A model generated the notes under the pieces. The model was not told the origin of the DNA and did not search any database. It saw only the letters and a list, made by a program, of their open reading frames with translations. Of a stretch of DNA of 64,000 nt, positions 45,201-57,114 are shown piece by piece. Numbering within the stretch: position 1 is the first letter of the stretch; each line of letters opens with the position of its first letter. A program made the position numbers and the translations under genes. The DNA is from Cyanophora paradoxa CCMP329 (taxonomy: Eukaryota > Plantae > Glaucophyta), in NCBI GenBank assembly GCA_004431415.1, contig QPMI01000269.1:1-64000 (forward strand), in the 5' to 3' direction.

Positions 45201-47581
45201 GGGGGGGGCTGGGGGGGGGGGGGGGGGGGGCTGGCGCACGGATCTCGAGAGAGCGGCGGCGGTTAACGGAGGAGGGGAAGCGGCGGGAGGGGAGGGGCCG
45301 GGCAAAGGCTGCCCGCGGTGTGGCGAGGGCCCGAGGAGCCCGAGGCGGCCGAGTCGTCCCCCGAGTTCTCCCCGAGTCCCCGTCCGGCGCCGCGGGCCGG
45401 CCCCGCGGGCCCCGCGCGGCGACGGCGGGGCCATGGAGCCCATGAGGCCGCCCTGCGCCGCGGGGGCCGTCGCCGGGCGCCCCCACCGCCAGCAGCGACG
45501 GCGCAGACGCCGAGATCTGCGCAGCGCGTCACGCGCGCCGGCGCGGCGCGATGGGGCGGGGCGCGCGTCGGCGGGGTGAAGCCGAGGGAGGGCGCCGCGT
45601 CGGCGGTGCGGGCGCGGCGGCGCTGCTCCTCCCAGCGCCGCCGCCGCCGCGCCAGCAGGTCCGTCACCTCGTCCCCCGTCGGCGGCGGCTGCGCGCCGCG
45701 TCAGCGGGCGGGCGGGGCGGTGCGAGGCGGAGCAGACGTCGCCGGAGTCGAAGCCGGGGTCGTCGGGGCGCAGGGGAGGGCGACGGAGAGGCCGCCCGGG
45801 CCGGTCCCGCCGCGCGCCGCGAGCTCCCGCGCGTGCTCCTCCCGCGCCTGCGGCAGGGGACTCGGGCGGGGGCGATGGGGCGGGGTCGGGCGGGGGCGCG
45901 GGGCGGACGCGGCGGTGGTGGACGACGATGGAGCGGTAGTCGAGGGGCACCGCGTCGCCCTCCCGCACGAACTGGCACACCGGGCACAGGTAGCACTTCC
46001 CTGCGCCCCGAGGGCCGTCCGCCCCCGCGTCGGCCCCCGCCGCCGCTGCGCTGGGAGGGCGCGGGGGCGGCACCGCGGAGCAGCATGAACTTGCGGCGCG
46101 AGATGGAGTCGTTCTTGCGGGCCCCCGCGAGCTGCGGGCGGGATCAGGCGGGGGCGCGGGGGGGAGGCCGGGGTGGCGCGCGCCCGCTTGAAGAGGGTCT
46201 GGACGTTGACGGACTCGGAGAGGGGCAGGGGCACGTTCTCCTCGCCCCGCAGCCGCAGCGACGAGCAGTAGAGGAAGTTGATGCGGGAGGCGATGTCCAC
46301 CTGCGCCCCCGCCCCGCGCCCCGCTCGCGCGGCGGCCGGGGCGCGGGGCGGGGCGGGCGGGGCCGGGGCGGGCCTTGAAGTAGAGGACCATGCGGACGAT
46401 CTCGTAGCGCAGCGGGCTGCAGGGCGCCTCAGGCGAGCGGCGCGCGGGCTCGGGGCGCGGGGCCGGGGCCGGCCTGCAGTCGCGGAGGTGGCGGACGACG
46501 GCGGCGCAGATGCCCCGGAGGTGCCGCGGGAAGAGGTCCCCGTGCACGCTGTCTGCCCCCGCACCCCCCGCGTCGGCGGCGCCGCGGGCCCGGGGCGGGG
46601 CGTGCCGGGCCGGGGCCGCACTGAGCTCGGAGAGGTGGTGCTCCCCGTCGAAGGTCACCGCCCGGTCGTACCGGTCCACCACTGCCCGCCCGCCGCCCCG
46701 CTCGCTTCCGCCCGGGCCCGGCGCGGGGGCCGGGGCACAGGCGGGGCGGACCGGGGTCGGTGAGGTCGTGGCGGTTGACGCGCCGCTCCATCACGCACGC
46801 GTGCGGCGTCCACGTCACCCGCAGCACCTCTGAGCCCCATCCCGCCACGTCAGGCCGCCCGGCGCGGCGCGGAGCGGAGCGGGCGGGCGGGCGGGCGGGC
46901 GGGCCGTTCTTCGTGCCGCGCGGCTCGATGAACTTCTGGAGGATGCCGTCGTTGACCTTCTTGCGCCGGAAGACTGCGGCACGTCAGCGGCCGGCGCTCC
47001 GCGGCGCCGGACGGCCAGGATGGGGCCGGCCGCGCACGGAAGTCGTGGAGCCCCTTCTTGTCGAAGTACTCTGCGGCGCCCCGTCAGCGGTGGAGCCGGC
47101 GAGCCGGGCCGGGGCGGACGCACCAACGGCAGTCATCTGCTGACCGTCGTGGTCCAGGTAGTCACAAATGTACGTGGCAACGATGTCGCTCCCGCCGCTC
47201 GCCTGGCCCCCGAAAGCCTGCTCGATGTGCTTGTTCTGCGCCGGACGCTCAGCGGGCCGGGCCGTGGCGCCGGGCGGGGGACCCAGCCGGCAGTCGCGCC
47301 TTGAGGAGCTCCTTGTCCCGCAGCTCGAGCTGGTCGTCCGCCGTATGGAACCAGTACGCGGGGAGGCGAAACCTGCGCCGACATTCTCAGCGGAGGCGCC
47401 GTGGGGTCCGCGGGCGTGGGCGATGAGCAGATCTCGTATACCTGTATACAATGGTGTCGGGGATGCGGATCTTGAGGCCGGAGCCCGTCTTGATGCTCCG
47501 GAGGTAAAGATAGTGATACAGGGTGTCGATGACCCCGTCCCGCTTAAGCGGCGGGATGGTGAATGGTGGAGAAAGCGACAT
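42226..47581 (-). CDS. Uncharacterised multi-exon protein; globular N-terminal region (weakly ATP-grasp-like), CxxC motifs, low-complexity C-terminus
   Basis: GVIDTLYHYLYL..KIRIPDTIVY, AVEYFDKKGLHD, NDGILQKFIEPRGTKN, VLRVTWTPHACVMERRVN, YDRAVTFDGEHHLS, EIVRMVLYFKVDIASRINFLYCSSLRL, CPVCQ, VCPACY. Confidence 0.7.
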
Positions 47582-48054
47582 AGCTAAGGTTTGTCGTTCA
47601 GCCGCGAGGCCCTCCCGCGCCTAATCGGTGCTGGATGTGCAATCCTAGCTGAGGCTTGAGCCCGCGTGGGCTGGGGCTTTGAAGTCCTCAAATGAGCTCT
47701 ACAATCTTCAACGAAGCTCTGGTGCCACGGTGCTCACCGCCGGCGCCAGGCCGGGGCACGCCCCGCACTCGCCGACTGAGCTAGCCGCAGGCGAGTCGAG
47801 CTGCAATCAGCGTACAAGATGATGACGGAGGCTGTGTGCTGCGCGGCGGGCCGCAAATCTTAATATAAATGCCCGAATGCACGTACTGGTAGACTTGTCT
47901 AGAATCGCGGGCTCGGCGCCCCGATAGACCATTTTCTTGGACAACCCAGGGGTACACGGTGCGAACAATGTGCCGACGTCGACGAGTCGACGTCAGTACG
48001 AATTCGAAGCCCCGCGCGCTCAGCGCTTCCTCCACATAATGTAGCTGCGTTCGG

Positions 48055-49902
48055 ATGGCCTCGGAGGCGCAGCGCACCGACGCTGGCGACGAGCCGGGCG
48101 GCTGGCCATCTGAGGTGTTCGATGACGGGGAGGAGGCGCGGGCAGAGTCGTTGCACCTCGTGTGCCCCATCTGCCTTCTCGTGATGCGCGATCCAGTGCG
48201 TCAGCTTGCGTCCGTGCGATGCTTAGCTTCGACAGCCGGCTGACCCGCGCGTTCGCCGGCACGCGCGCAGACGTCGCTGCAGTGCTCGAACGACCACGCG
48301 CTGTGCTGGACGTGCGCGGAGGGCGTCGTGCGGGAGTCCGGCTTTCCGTTCCAGTACGAGTACCAGCGGGCGCAGCTGAAGTGCCCCGTGTGCCGCGAGG
48401 TGGTCGCGCAAGAGCGCATCGGCCGCTCCGCGTTCCGCGCCCGCCTCGTGAACGACCTCCGCGCCTGGTGCACCCGCCGCCTCCGCCCTTCCGCACTGGA
48501 CCTCACTCTTTGCAGCTGCCCGTCGCGGGAACGCGGATGCGGTTGGCGGGGTGCACTGTCCACCCTGACGGCGCACGCGATCTCTTGTTCCATCGGCCGG
48601 GAAGAGGCGCGGGCGGCCGCGGCCGAAGCGGAGCTGGAACAAGTCCGGCGGCGGCTCGAAGAGGCGGTCAAGTTCGGGGAGGAGGCGGCGGCGAGGCGGG
48701 GCGAGGCGGAGCGGCGGGCGGCAGCGGCCGAGGCGGAGTTGCGGTCGATGTGGCAGCGGCTGGCGGCGGCGGAGAAGCGGGGCGAGGAGGAGGCGGGGCG
48801 GCGGGCGGAGGCGGAGCGGCGGGCGCGGGCGCTGCAGGCGGAGGCGGCGGAGATGGACGAGCTGCGCGAGCACCTCGACGAGGCCCTCCGGGCCGCCGAC
48901 GAGGCCGCCGAGGCGCGCCTTGAGGCCGATGCGCGGGCGGCGGCCGCAGAGGCGGCGCTCGCAGAGTCGCACGGGCGGCAGGACGCGCAGCAGGTGGAGA
49001 TTCAGGCCCTCCGCCGGCAGCTCCTCCGCGCCAGCGCCGCCCCCGGCGCCGCCCTGGGACCTCCAGCGGCGCCCGGTGGCTCGGGGAGTGCGGCTCCTGC
49101 TGTTGCTGTTCCCGCGTCCGGGCCGGCGGGTCTTTCCACAGGGCCGTCCCTCCAGGCCTTCCTCGCGCGGCCGCCGCCTTCGGGGCGCGTGCGGGCCCGA
49201 TCGGAGGCGGCGGGAGGGGCGAGCGGGGCGGCGGCGCCAGCGCAGTCGGGGGAGGACGTGGAGGCCATGCGCCGGCGGCTCGAGCGGGCCCGCAGGGCGC
49301 CCGAGGCGCAGCCACCGGCGGCGGCGGCGGCTGGGGCGGCGGCAGGACCCAGGGGGGCTATCGGGAGCTCCTTGAGGAGTTCCTCGACTGGCGCCCCTCG
49401 TAGGCGGCCGCCGCCGGCGCCCAGCCTTTCAGCGTTCAAGCCGCCGCCGCCCGCCACCAGTGGCCCCGCCGCGCCCGGCACGTGCACGCAGAGGCGCGGC
49501 AGACGCCGGCGGCGTCTCCGGCGCCTTCTACCCCGGGGGCGGGCGTGTTGCCAGGCTGTGTCCGCTGCGTCTCCGGCCCGGCCCGGCGACCGACGACGCC
49601 GCCGGCCCGGCCGGTTTCGGCGGCTTCGGCGGCTTCGGCCTCGGCGGGGTGCGCGGCCGCCCGCCCGCCCCCCTCGCCTCGACCTCACGTTTTCGCAGGC
49701 GCCCCGCGGACCGCCCAAGAACCCGTTCGGGGCCTCGGCGCCCCCAGCCGCGACGCCCGTCTCCCCTGCATGGGGCCGGGGCCGGGGCCGGGGCCGGCGA
49801 GTGCTCAAGGGGCCGACCTTTGGGAGCCCCGCGGGGCCCGTGGCGCCATCCGCACCCGCGCCCCCCATGAATGTTCGAAGTTGCGTAAGACCGGTTAGCT
49901 AA
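48055..49902 (+). CDS. RING finger plus TRAF/SIAH-type zinc finger plus coiled coil (E3 ligase-like)
   Basis: LVCPICLLVMRDPTSLQCSNDHALCWTC...KCPVCRE, then LVNDLRAWCPSRERGCGWRGALSTLTAHAISC, then a long E/A/R coiled coil. Confidence 0.85.
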
Positions 49903-49967
49903 ATCATGCTATATTCTGTTATCATGAGTATCATAGTGTCATGTACTGTACACGCAAGTTAAGTAGC

Positions 49968-51724
49968 TTAAGTTAAGAACAATCGGAGGAGCCCCGTGAC
50001 GGCGGCCCTGCACGACGGACACGACTGCCGCACGAACTTCGCGGCGCAGCCTTCGCAGAGGCAGTGCCCGCACCTGCCGCGAAGGATCCGGAGCACGTGC
50101 GCGTAAGCACGAGAGCGCAGGCATGAGATCGCGATCGGCTCGGCGCACGGCTGGAGGGCGTGGTCGGGCTTCCTCTCGCAGCAGATGGGGCACTCGAGCG
50201 GGGCGCCGGCGGCGGCGCGCTCGGCGGCGGCGACCTGCTGCTGCCGCTCGCTGACGCGGGCGATGGCTCCCGAAAGCCTCGCGATGAGTGCCCCGAGCTC
50301 CGCTGAGCCGAGGCCCGCCAAGCTCGCCTCGTCGCAGCGGAGCGCCCCGCCCGCCCGCTCCTCCGCCGCCCGCAGCCGCCCGTGCTGCGCCCCGCCCACC
50401 GTCAGCTGCCGCGAGATCGAGGTCGGGCGCGGGGGCGCCGGGACGGGACCGCGGTGGCGAGCTCCTCGGCCTGCCTCCGCGCCTGTTCCTCCAGGCCCGC
50501 CGCCTGCCCCGCCCCATCAGCCGCGTTGCCCCTGCGGGCGCGCGGGGTGCTGGCCGTGCCTGCTGCTGGAGCCGGTCGGCGCGGCGTTCGGCGTCGGCGC
50601 GATTGCGCTCGGCCTGCACGCAAAGCATCACCGCCTCCTCCTTCTCCGCCTTCGCCGCCCGCCACCGCTGCTCGGCCGCCTGCGCCCGCGCGGCGAGCGC
50701 CGCCGCCGCCGGTCCCGCGCAGAGCGGCTCGAGCCCGTCCGGCGCGCTGGTGAACACCTGCACGCGGCGTCGGCACGGGCCGGCGAGGCGGGGGCGCGCG
50801 GGGCAGTGTGCAGGGCGGACGCGGCTGCCGAGGAGGCTCTCCGGGGGCAAGAAGAGCCCGAGCGGGGCGTTCCATATGGTGCAGGCGGTGAGGGCGGCCC
50901 GGCACCGCTCCGTGAACTGCGCCGCCGCCGTCCCGCAGTCGTGGATGTGCGAGTCCGCCACCTGCGCGCGCGGGGCGCCTTCAGGGAGGGGGGAAGGGGT
51001 ACGCGGGGGGGAGGGTCACCAGGACGGCGCACTCCTCAAAGAAGCCGCCGGAGACGCCGACGGGGCAGTTGAAGATCTCGCAGCCCGTGACGGAGCAGAC
51101 GCCGCGGGGCGCCCAGAAGCGCACCCCGCACGCCGATGTGGAGGCGCCGGCGGCGTTAAGGACGCGGGAGCGGGCGAGGACGAGGTGCGAGGCGAGGCAC
51201 TTCTCGCCGGCGGCGAAGACGCAGCCGGCGCCCCAGCCGTTCAGCTCGCAGTCGAGGAAGGACCAGCGGGAGCCGCTCCCCTCCAGCTCGACGCCCCCGG
51301 TGACGCTCAGGTTGCGCATCTGGAAGGAGCCGCCGTCGCCGACCACCCGGAGCAGCAGCGCCCCGTGCCCCTCCCGGCTCGCCCTCAGCGTGGCCGGCGA
51401 CCCGCCCGAGCTCGAGGCCGCGCCGCTGCTCTCAGCCCCGCGGATCGACACGCTGAAGCCGGAGATGTTCAGCTCCAGCGTCTGAATGCCAAGGTCGGGG
51501 CGCGCGACGCTGCAGTCGCCCTGGATGACGATTTCGATCTCGCGCCGGTTGCTGCTCGTCGCCGCCGACCACGCCGACGCGAGCGTGCTGAACACGTTGG
51601 GCTGAGCGGCTGCAGCTTGGGGGTCCACGTGCACGAAGCCGCGCCAGCAGATGTCCGGCTGTCTCTCCGGCGAAGGGGGAACCCGTCCGGGGCTTGCCGA
51701 CGCAAACGCCGATGCAGCTGCCAT
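49968..51724 (-). CDS. C-terminal RING finger protein with an N-terminal parallel beta-helix-like region and coiled coil
   Basis: ECPICCERKPDHALQPCGHCLCEGCAAKFVRQSCPSCRAAV; N-terminal strands such as FQMRNLSVTG, SFLDCELNG, SVTGCEIFNC, VADSHIHDC. Confidence 0.8.
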
Positions 51725-52160
51725 TCTGCGCCCGCCTCTAACGCCTGTCTGAGCCCGGAGCCGCCCCGCTGCGGGTCTGCTGTCGACGTTCGGTTCGCTC
51801 TGCGCTGTGCGCCGCGCGGCTCGTTCGAACGAAGGAGATCACCTTCGCTGCGAATGACTGACCGCTGCGACCGAGCCCTACCGCTGCGCGAGCTTGTCAG
51901 GTGACCGCTGCGCGTTTGATTCGAAGCCGCACGTACGTAAGTGTCGCACCTTGTAAGTGACGCTGCACGATGTGCGAGCTTGTCAGGTGCCAAGCTGTGC
52001 TCGACTGACCAGCGGCAAACGCTTCTACCCCGCCGCCTCGGTCGAAGGGTCTTCTACCCCCTCGCTCGTCACCTGACCCGCCGACTGACCTGTCTATAGA
52101 GCTACGCACACGGGACCACCGTGCTCTGCTGCTTTCAATACCGGGCTCCTGTGCGGGACG

Positions 52161-53538
52161 ATGGACGCGACGCTTTTCGAGCGGCGGCTGCAGCTGGCGA
52201 CCGAGCGAAGCAAGGCGAGAGCTTCATCGCGGCACTCGTTTCCCGCCTGATCCTCGCGCGCGTAGTTCGATGACCTGCAGACCGTGTTCGGCCTGGACGT
52301 GGGCGAGGAGCTGCTTCCATGGACCGCTGAGGACGATCCTGCTGTGGCGCGGCTGCTGGAGATGCGCAGACGTTTACATGAGCAGCACGTGCGTGCCGAG
52401 AATCTGCGGTCTGAGTTGGCGGTCGCACGCGCGGACCGCGAGGAGCACGGTGCGAACCGCGCTTGCTTGTCATGATCAGCGAAGTGCACGCTGTTCGATG
52501 ATCCCCCGCGGCCCGCGGTGCAGATCGGAGGGAGGCGGAGAGGCGGCGGGCGCAGGAGGAGGCGCAGCGGCTCGCCGAGGAGCGGCGGCGGCTGGAGCGC
52601 GAGGAGGAAGAGCGCTGGGAGCGGGAGCGCGAGGCGCAGCGGCAACGGGAGGAGCAGGCGCGCCGGCGCGAGGAGGAGGCGGAGCTGGAGCGCCTGCGGC
52701 TCGAGCAGGAGCGGCTCCAGCAGCAGATCCTCGCCGACCAGAGGCTCGGTGCGCCCCGGCAGTCCCGGCCCGTCGAGTCCGGCTCGGCGCCTGACTGGGC
52801 GCCCGCGGCGTGGCAGCGGAGAGCTTGCGGGTGCGGGAGTGCAGCATGTGCGCGACAGACATCCCCGAGGCCATCGTGTTCCAGGCGAGAGCATGCGCAT
52901 GCGCGCGCCGCCGTCCTCCCCCTCGCGCCGCTGAAGCGCGCGCAGGCGAGCTGCTGCGAGCACCAGTTCTGCTGGCCCTGCGCCGCAGTGTACGCGCGCA
53001 CCGAGATCGGCGCCGGCCGCCTCGAGCCGAAGGTGCGGGCTGCCGCGTCTGCCGTCGCTCGGGGCCTGTGGCGGCTCGGCGGGGGCGGTGACCGCCGGGG
53101 GCCGGTGCAGTGCCCGTCGACGGAGGAGTGCGAGGGGCGATGGAGGACGCTGGACCTGCAGGCGCACCCCGCCGGCCCCGGCCCCGTGCGCCGCCTCCTC
53201 ACCCCGCTGCAGAACGCGACGGGGGGCGAGATGGACGAGGCCATAGCCGCCGTCAGCCTGCGCAAGTACAGGGAGCAGGCCGGCGACGCCGTCTGGCGCG
53301 TACCTCCCCCCTCTCTCTCTCTTTCCCTTCGCTCACCGTCTTCCGGGGCGGAGCAGGCAGTGCCCGCGGCCGAACTGCAAGGGGATGCTCGAGGCGAGCG
53401 CCCTCCCGCCCGCGCCCCGCGCCCCGCGGCGCTCAGCTGCTCCCTCCGGCAGGTCGAAGCGGGCGTCGCGATGGTGCACTGCCCCTTCCCCACGTGCGGC
53501 TTCGCCTGGTGCAACGCCTGCAAGTGCCAGGTCAGTCT

Positions 53539-53569
<31 letters not shown>

Positions 53570-54056
53570 GCGCGCTCTCCACACCCCCCCCCCCCCCGCG
53601 CGCTCGTCCCCCCTCCCCCTTCCGCCACCCCCCCCCCTCCCCCCCTCCCTCCTTTCTGAATACGGTTTCGCAGTGGCACGCGGACACGACTTGCGAGCGG
53701 TTTCAGCAGTGGAAGCGCGACAACGGGAAGCAGGGCGAGGACGCGTGCGCGTACCCCACGCCTCACCCTCGCCCAAGCCCCGCTCCGCCTCCATCCGAGG
53801 CTCGCGCGCTGCGCAGCACGACGGCGTGGATCCGGCAGAACACGCGGCAGTGCGGGCGGTGCAGGGAGGCGGTGCAGAAGAACGGCGGCTGCAACTGCGT
53901 GCGCTGCCGGTGCGGCTACGAGCTCTGCTGGACCTGCGGCGGTGCGCTCCGCGGGGCCGGAATCCCGATCCCGAGGAGGCGCGCTCAGCGAGGGGCGCGT
54001 GCGCAGGTCCCGCGCAGGGCCACCGCCTCCCGTGCGGGCACCCGCTCTGGTCCTGA
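52161..54056 (+). CDS. RBR (RING1-IBR-Rcat) E3 ubiquitin ligase 1
   Basis: RING1 ECSMC...CCEHQFCWPC...KCPSTEEC; IBR WQCPRPNC...HCPFPTCGFAWCNACKCQWHADTTC; Rcat QCGRCREAVQKNGGCNCVRCRCGYELCWTC. Confidence 0.9.
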
Positions 54057-54358
54057 TACCGATCATGAGCCGCTGCCTTTGTGCACTTCATTGTTCCCCC
54101 GCTCCCCTCGGAGCTCCCGCCCCTAGCTTCCCGCGCCCCTTTTCGAAAATTATCCCGTCTAGATCTTCTAAACTAGTACTGTACACGTAATTATAATTTC
54201 ATTATTTCAGCATGCTGCAGTTTCGATATTTCGCCGCATTAGAAAGCCGGCGCCCGCGGGCTATGCGTGGGGCTCGGCATGCTCGGGCCGCTGCCTGCCA
54301 GCCGCCACCAGTCTCTGCAGGGTGGCGAGGAAGCGCGCCCGCTCGGCGCACTGCGCCT

Positions 54359-56497
54359 TCATCGCCCCGTGATTCTCCCCGCAGCTGCCGCCGGCTGAGG
54401 GAAAGCGCGCGGGGAGCGGGCGGGCGGTGCCCACCTCGCGCTCGAGCGGGCGTCGCGGGCGACAAGCGCCCGGCGGCGTGCCTCCAGCTCCTCCGCCCGC
54501 CGCTCGTTGCTCGCCCTCAGCTCCGCCACCGCCGCCTGCGCCTGCGCGGCCTGCTGCGCCTGCGCGGCCGAGGAGCGAGCTCGAGCGGTGAGGGCGGAGG
54601 GCCTCGCCGGGCGATCGCGAGGGCGCGGCGGGTGCGCACCAGCTGCTCGCAGTGCGCGCGGAGGTCGGCGAGCTCGGCCGCCTCCCTCGCGCGCTCCCCG
54701 AGGGCCTCCTGCGCCCGCCGCTCCTCTTCCGCCCCCCGCCGCCCCCGCTCCTCCTCGCCCCGCCGCTCCTCCGCCTCCTCCGCGGACCGCGCGGACCCGG
54801 CGAGCGCCCGCCGCGCTTGCTCTATTTCGGCGAGCCTGGCTGACTCGGCGAGGGCGCGACGCTCCTGCTCTTCCTCCTCGCGCTGCCGCCTCTCCCGCTC
54901 CCGTACGGCGTCGATGGCGTCCCCCCTGCCGAGCGGGGCGGACGGCGGGGCCGACGGGCCAGCCGAGGAGCCGGCGGCCGGGGGCGGGCCGAGGCTCAGC
55001 TCGGCGAGGCGGACGACGGAGTTGAGCTCGTCCTGGGGGGTCTCGAGGAGGACCCGGCCGCCGAAGAGCTCCCGGCTGAGGTACGCCCGCAGCGCCCCCG
55101 CCCCCTCGAACTCGAGCGCCGCCGGCAGGCGGAGGCTCGCGCGGCTGCCGTCCGGCGAGAGCTCGTCCGGGCAGGGCAGCGGGTCGAGGAGGAGGGGGCG
55201 GCCCGGGGGGAGCGGCCCGCCCCACACGGCGAGCACGCTGTGCCGCATGAACGTGACGACCAGGGCGCGCAGAGGAGCCCCGGGCGAGGCTTCCAGCAGC
55301 TGCTCCAGGCTGTCGAGGCCCAGCGGGCAGAGCTGCGCGCGGGGCAGCGGTCGGAGGGGGCCGGAGGGGGCGCGGGGCGGGGCTCGGACCGTGCGCTGCA
55401 GAAGCTCGCTGCGGGGCTCGGCGAGGGAGAGGAGGGCGAGCGCGGGGAGCTCGCGCAGGACGGCGGCCTCCCCGTCCAGCGCGAAGAGCAGGCCGCTGAG
55501 CCGCGCCTCGCGCCCCCGGTCGCGGGACTCCCGCCCCGCGTCCTCCAGGGCCTGCCGCCGCCGCAGTCAGGGCGGGGCCCGGGTGCAGCCGGGCTCCGAC
55601 CCAGGGCGGGCGCACGTGCTTGAGGGCGCGGGCGGCGTCCTTGAGGGAGCCCAGCCTCTCGCCCGAGAGGAGCCGCGAGGCGGCGAAGAGGCAGGCGACG
55701 AGGCTCCACGGGCTGTCCCCGTCCGGGGCCGATCCCCACGCGCACTCGCTGCAAGCGTCTGCACCGCGAGTCACTCCCCGGCCTGGCGCAAGCAAGGAGC
55801 CGCTGCGCCGCACCGTATATCGTCGAGCGGGGAAGAGCAGAGGCCTCATGGACGTCGAGGAAGTTGTTCTGGTGAGGCTCGTCGCGATCCCTGTCGTGAG
55901 CCACCTGCGCGGGGACGTCAAGCTCGAGGCCGGCGGACCCGAGACGCGAGCTGCGCACCGAGCTCCGCCACAAGGCCTCGGCCCCGCCCTCGTAGCGGAC
56001 TCTGAAGCGGAAGAAAACCCGGCGCAGCGGCAGGTCCATGCGCAACTTCCACAGCACGCCCCGGGCGCTCGGGATCGCGGCCAGCGGCACCTCCCGCGCC
56101 CACTGCGCGCCGCCCCGCCCCGCCGCCATCAGGGATGCGCGGGGCGGGGCGGGGCGGGGCGGGGCGGGGGCACGTGGAGGTCGGGGTCGGGCCCAAAGGT
56201 GCCGACGGCGGCGACGGCCGCGACGCGCTCCCCGTCTGCGGCGCTCGGGTCCTCGTACGTGATGGTGGCTGTGCGGTACTGCCGCCGCGATTCCGCGTAC
56301 TCGTAGCATCGCGGAACGACCGGCAGCCCGTCCCCGGCTCTCTGCTTCTCCTTCTCCGAGTGCCCGATGCCAAAGATGTGCTTCACTTCCTTCACCCCCT
56401 CGTTCCATTTGCTCTTGACGGTGTCCAGAAACGTTGAATCCTCTGCGCGCGCCGCCCCTTGCCTTGCCACCGCAGCTGCGTACGTCTTCTCGCGCAT
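54359..56497 (-). CDS. Uncharacterised protein: possible CBM20/CBM48-like N-terminal domain, helical middle, C-terminal coiled coil
   Basis: VAAVGTFGPDPDLHWAREVPL...GVLWKLRMDLP..VFFRFRV resembles starch-binding Ig-like modules; E/R/A-rich tail; regular introns. Confidence 0.55.
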
Positions 56498-57114
56498 TGG
56501 GCCTGCCGCGCAGAACCGTCAGATCAATGCTGAAGATCAAGAGGACAGAGCATGCCGGGCGTTGATGGTCCTGCACTAAGCAGACTCTCGGCCCTCGCAC
56601 GCTGCAGTCGCGCTGCGCATGCGCGTGGGACAGGTCGATCGATGCGTGAAGCATCACGATCGTTGGCGTGCATTACTGTGCACGAACCTGTGCAGATGTC
56701 CGCATGCCCTTCTGTGCCTGGTCGACCACAGTAGATGCACGGCTCCGCGGTGCGTGCCTGCAACCCGCGGTCCTCCCGCACTTCCGCGTCGCCTCCCGTG
56801 GTGCCTGCTACCCGATTGGATGCGGATGGTGGAGCGCTGCGGATGAACGAGACGCCGGGCGACAGCCTCCTCCTGTGGGCAGCTGTTTGCCTGCTTCCTC
56901 ACGATTGCTGTACAGGCGCGAACGTGGCGGAATCGGGCCGGCGAGCGGGCCAATTGTCTGATGACTCCAGGGGTACGCGCGCAACAGCGCGTTCACCTGA
57001 CGGCCAGCTGCGGACAGGGAGCTGCGCTCGCCGAGTCGCAGTTCTGTCGCCGTAACTGCCAGATTGCCGGCGATCGCGAGCAGACCGGACCAGAATAGAG
57101 AAGTCGCTGAACCG

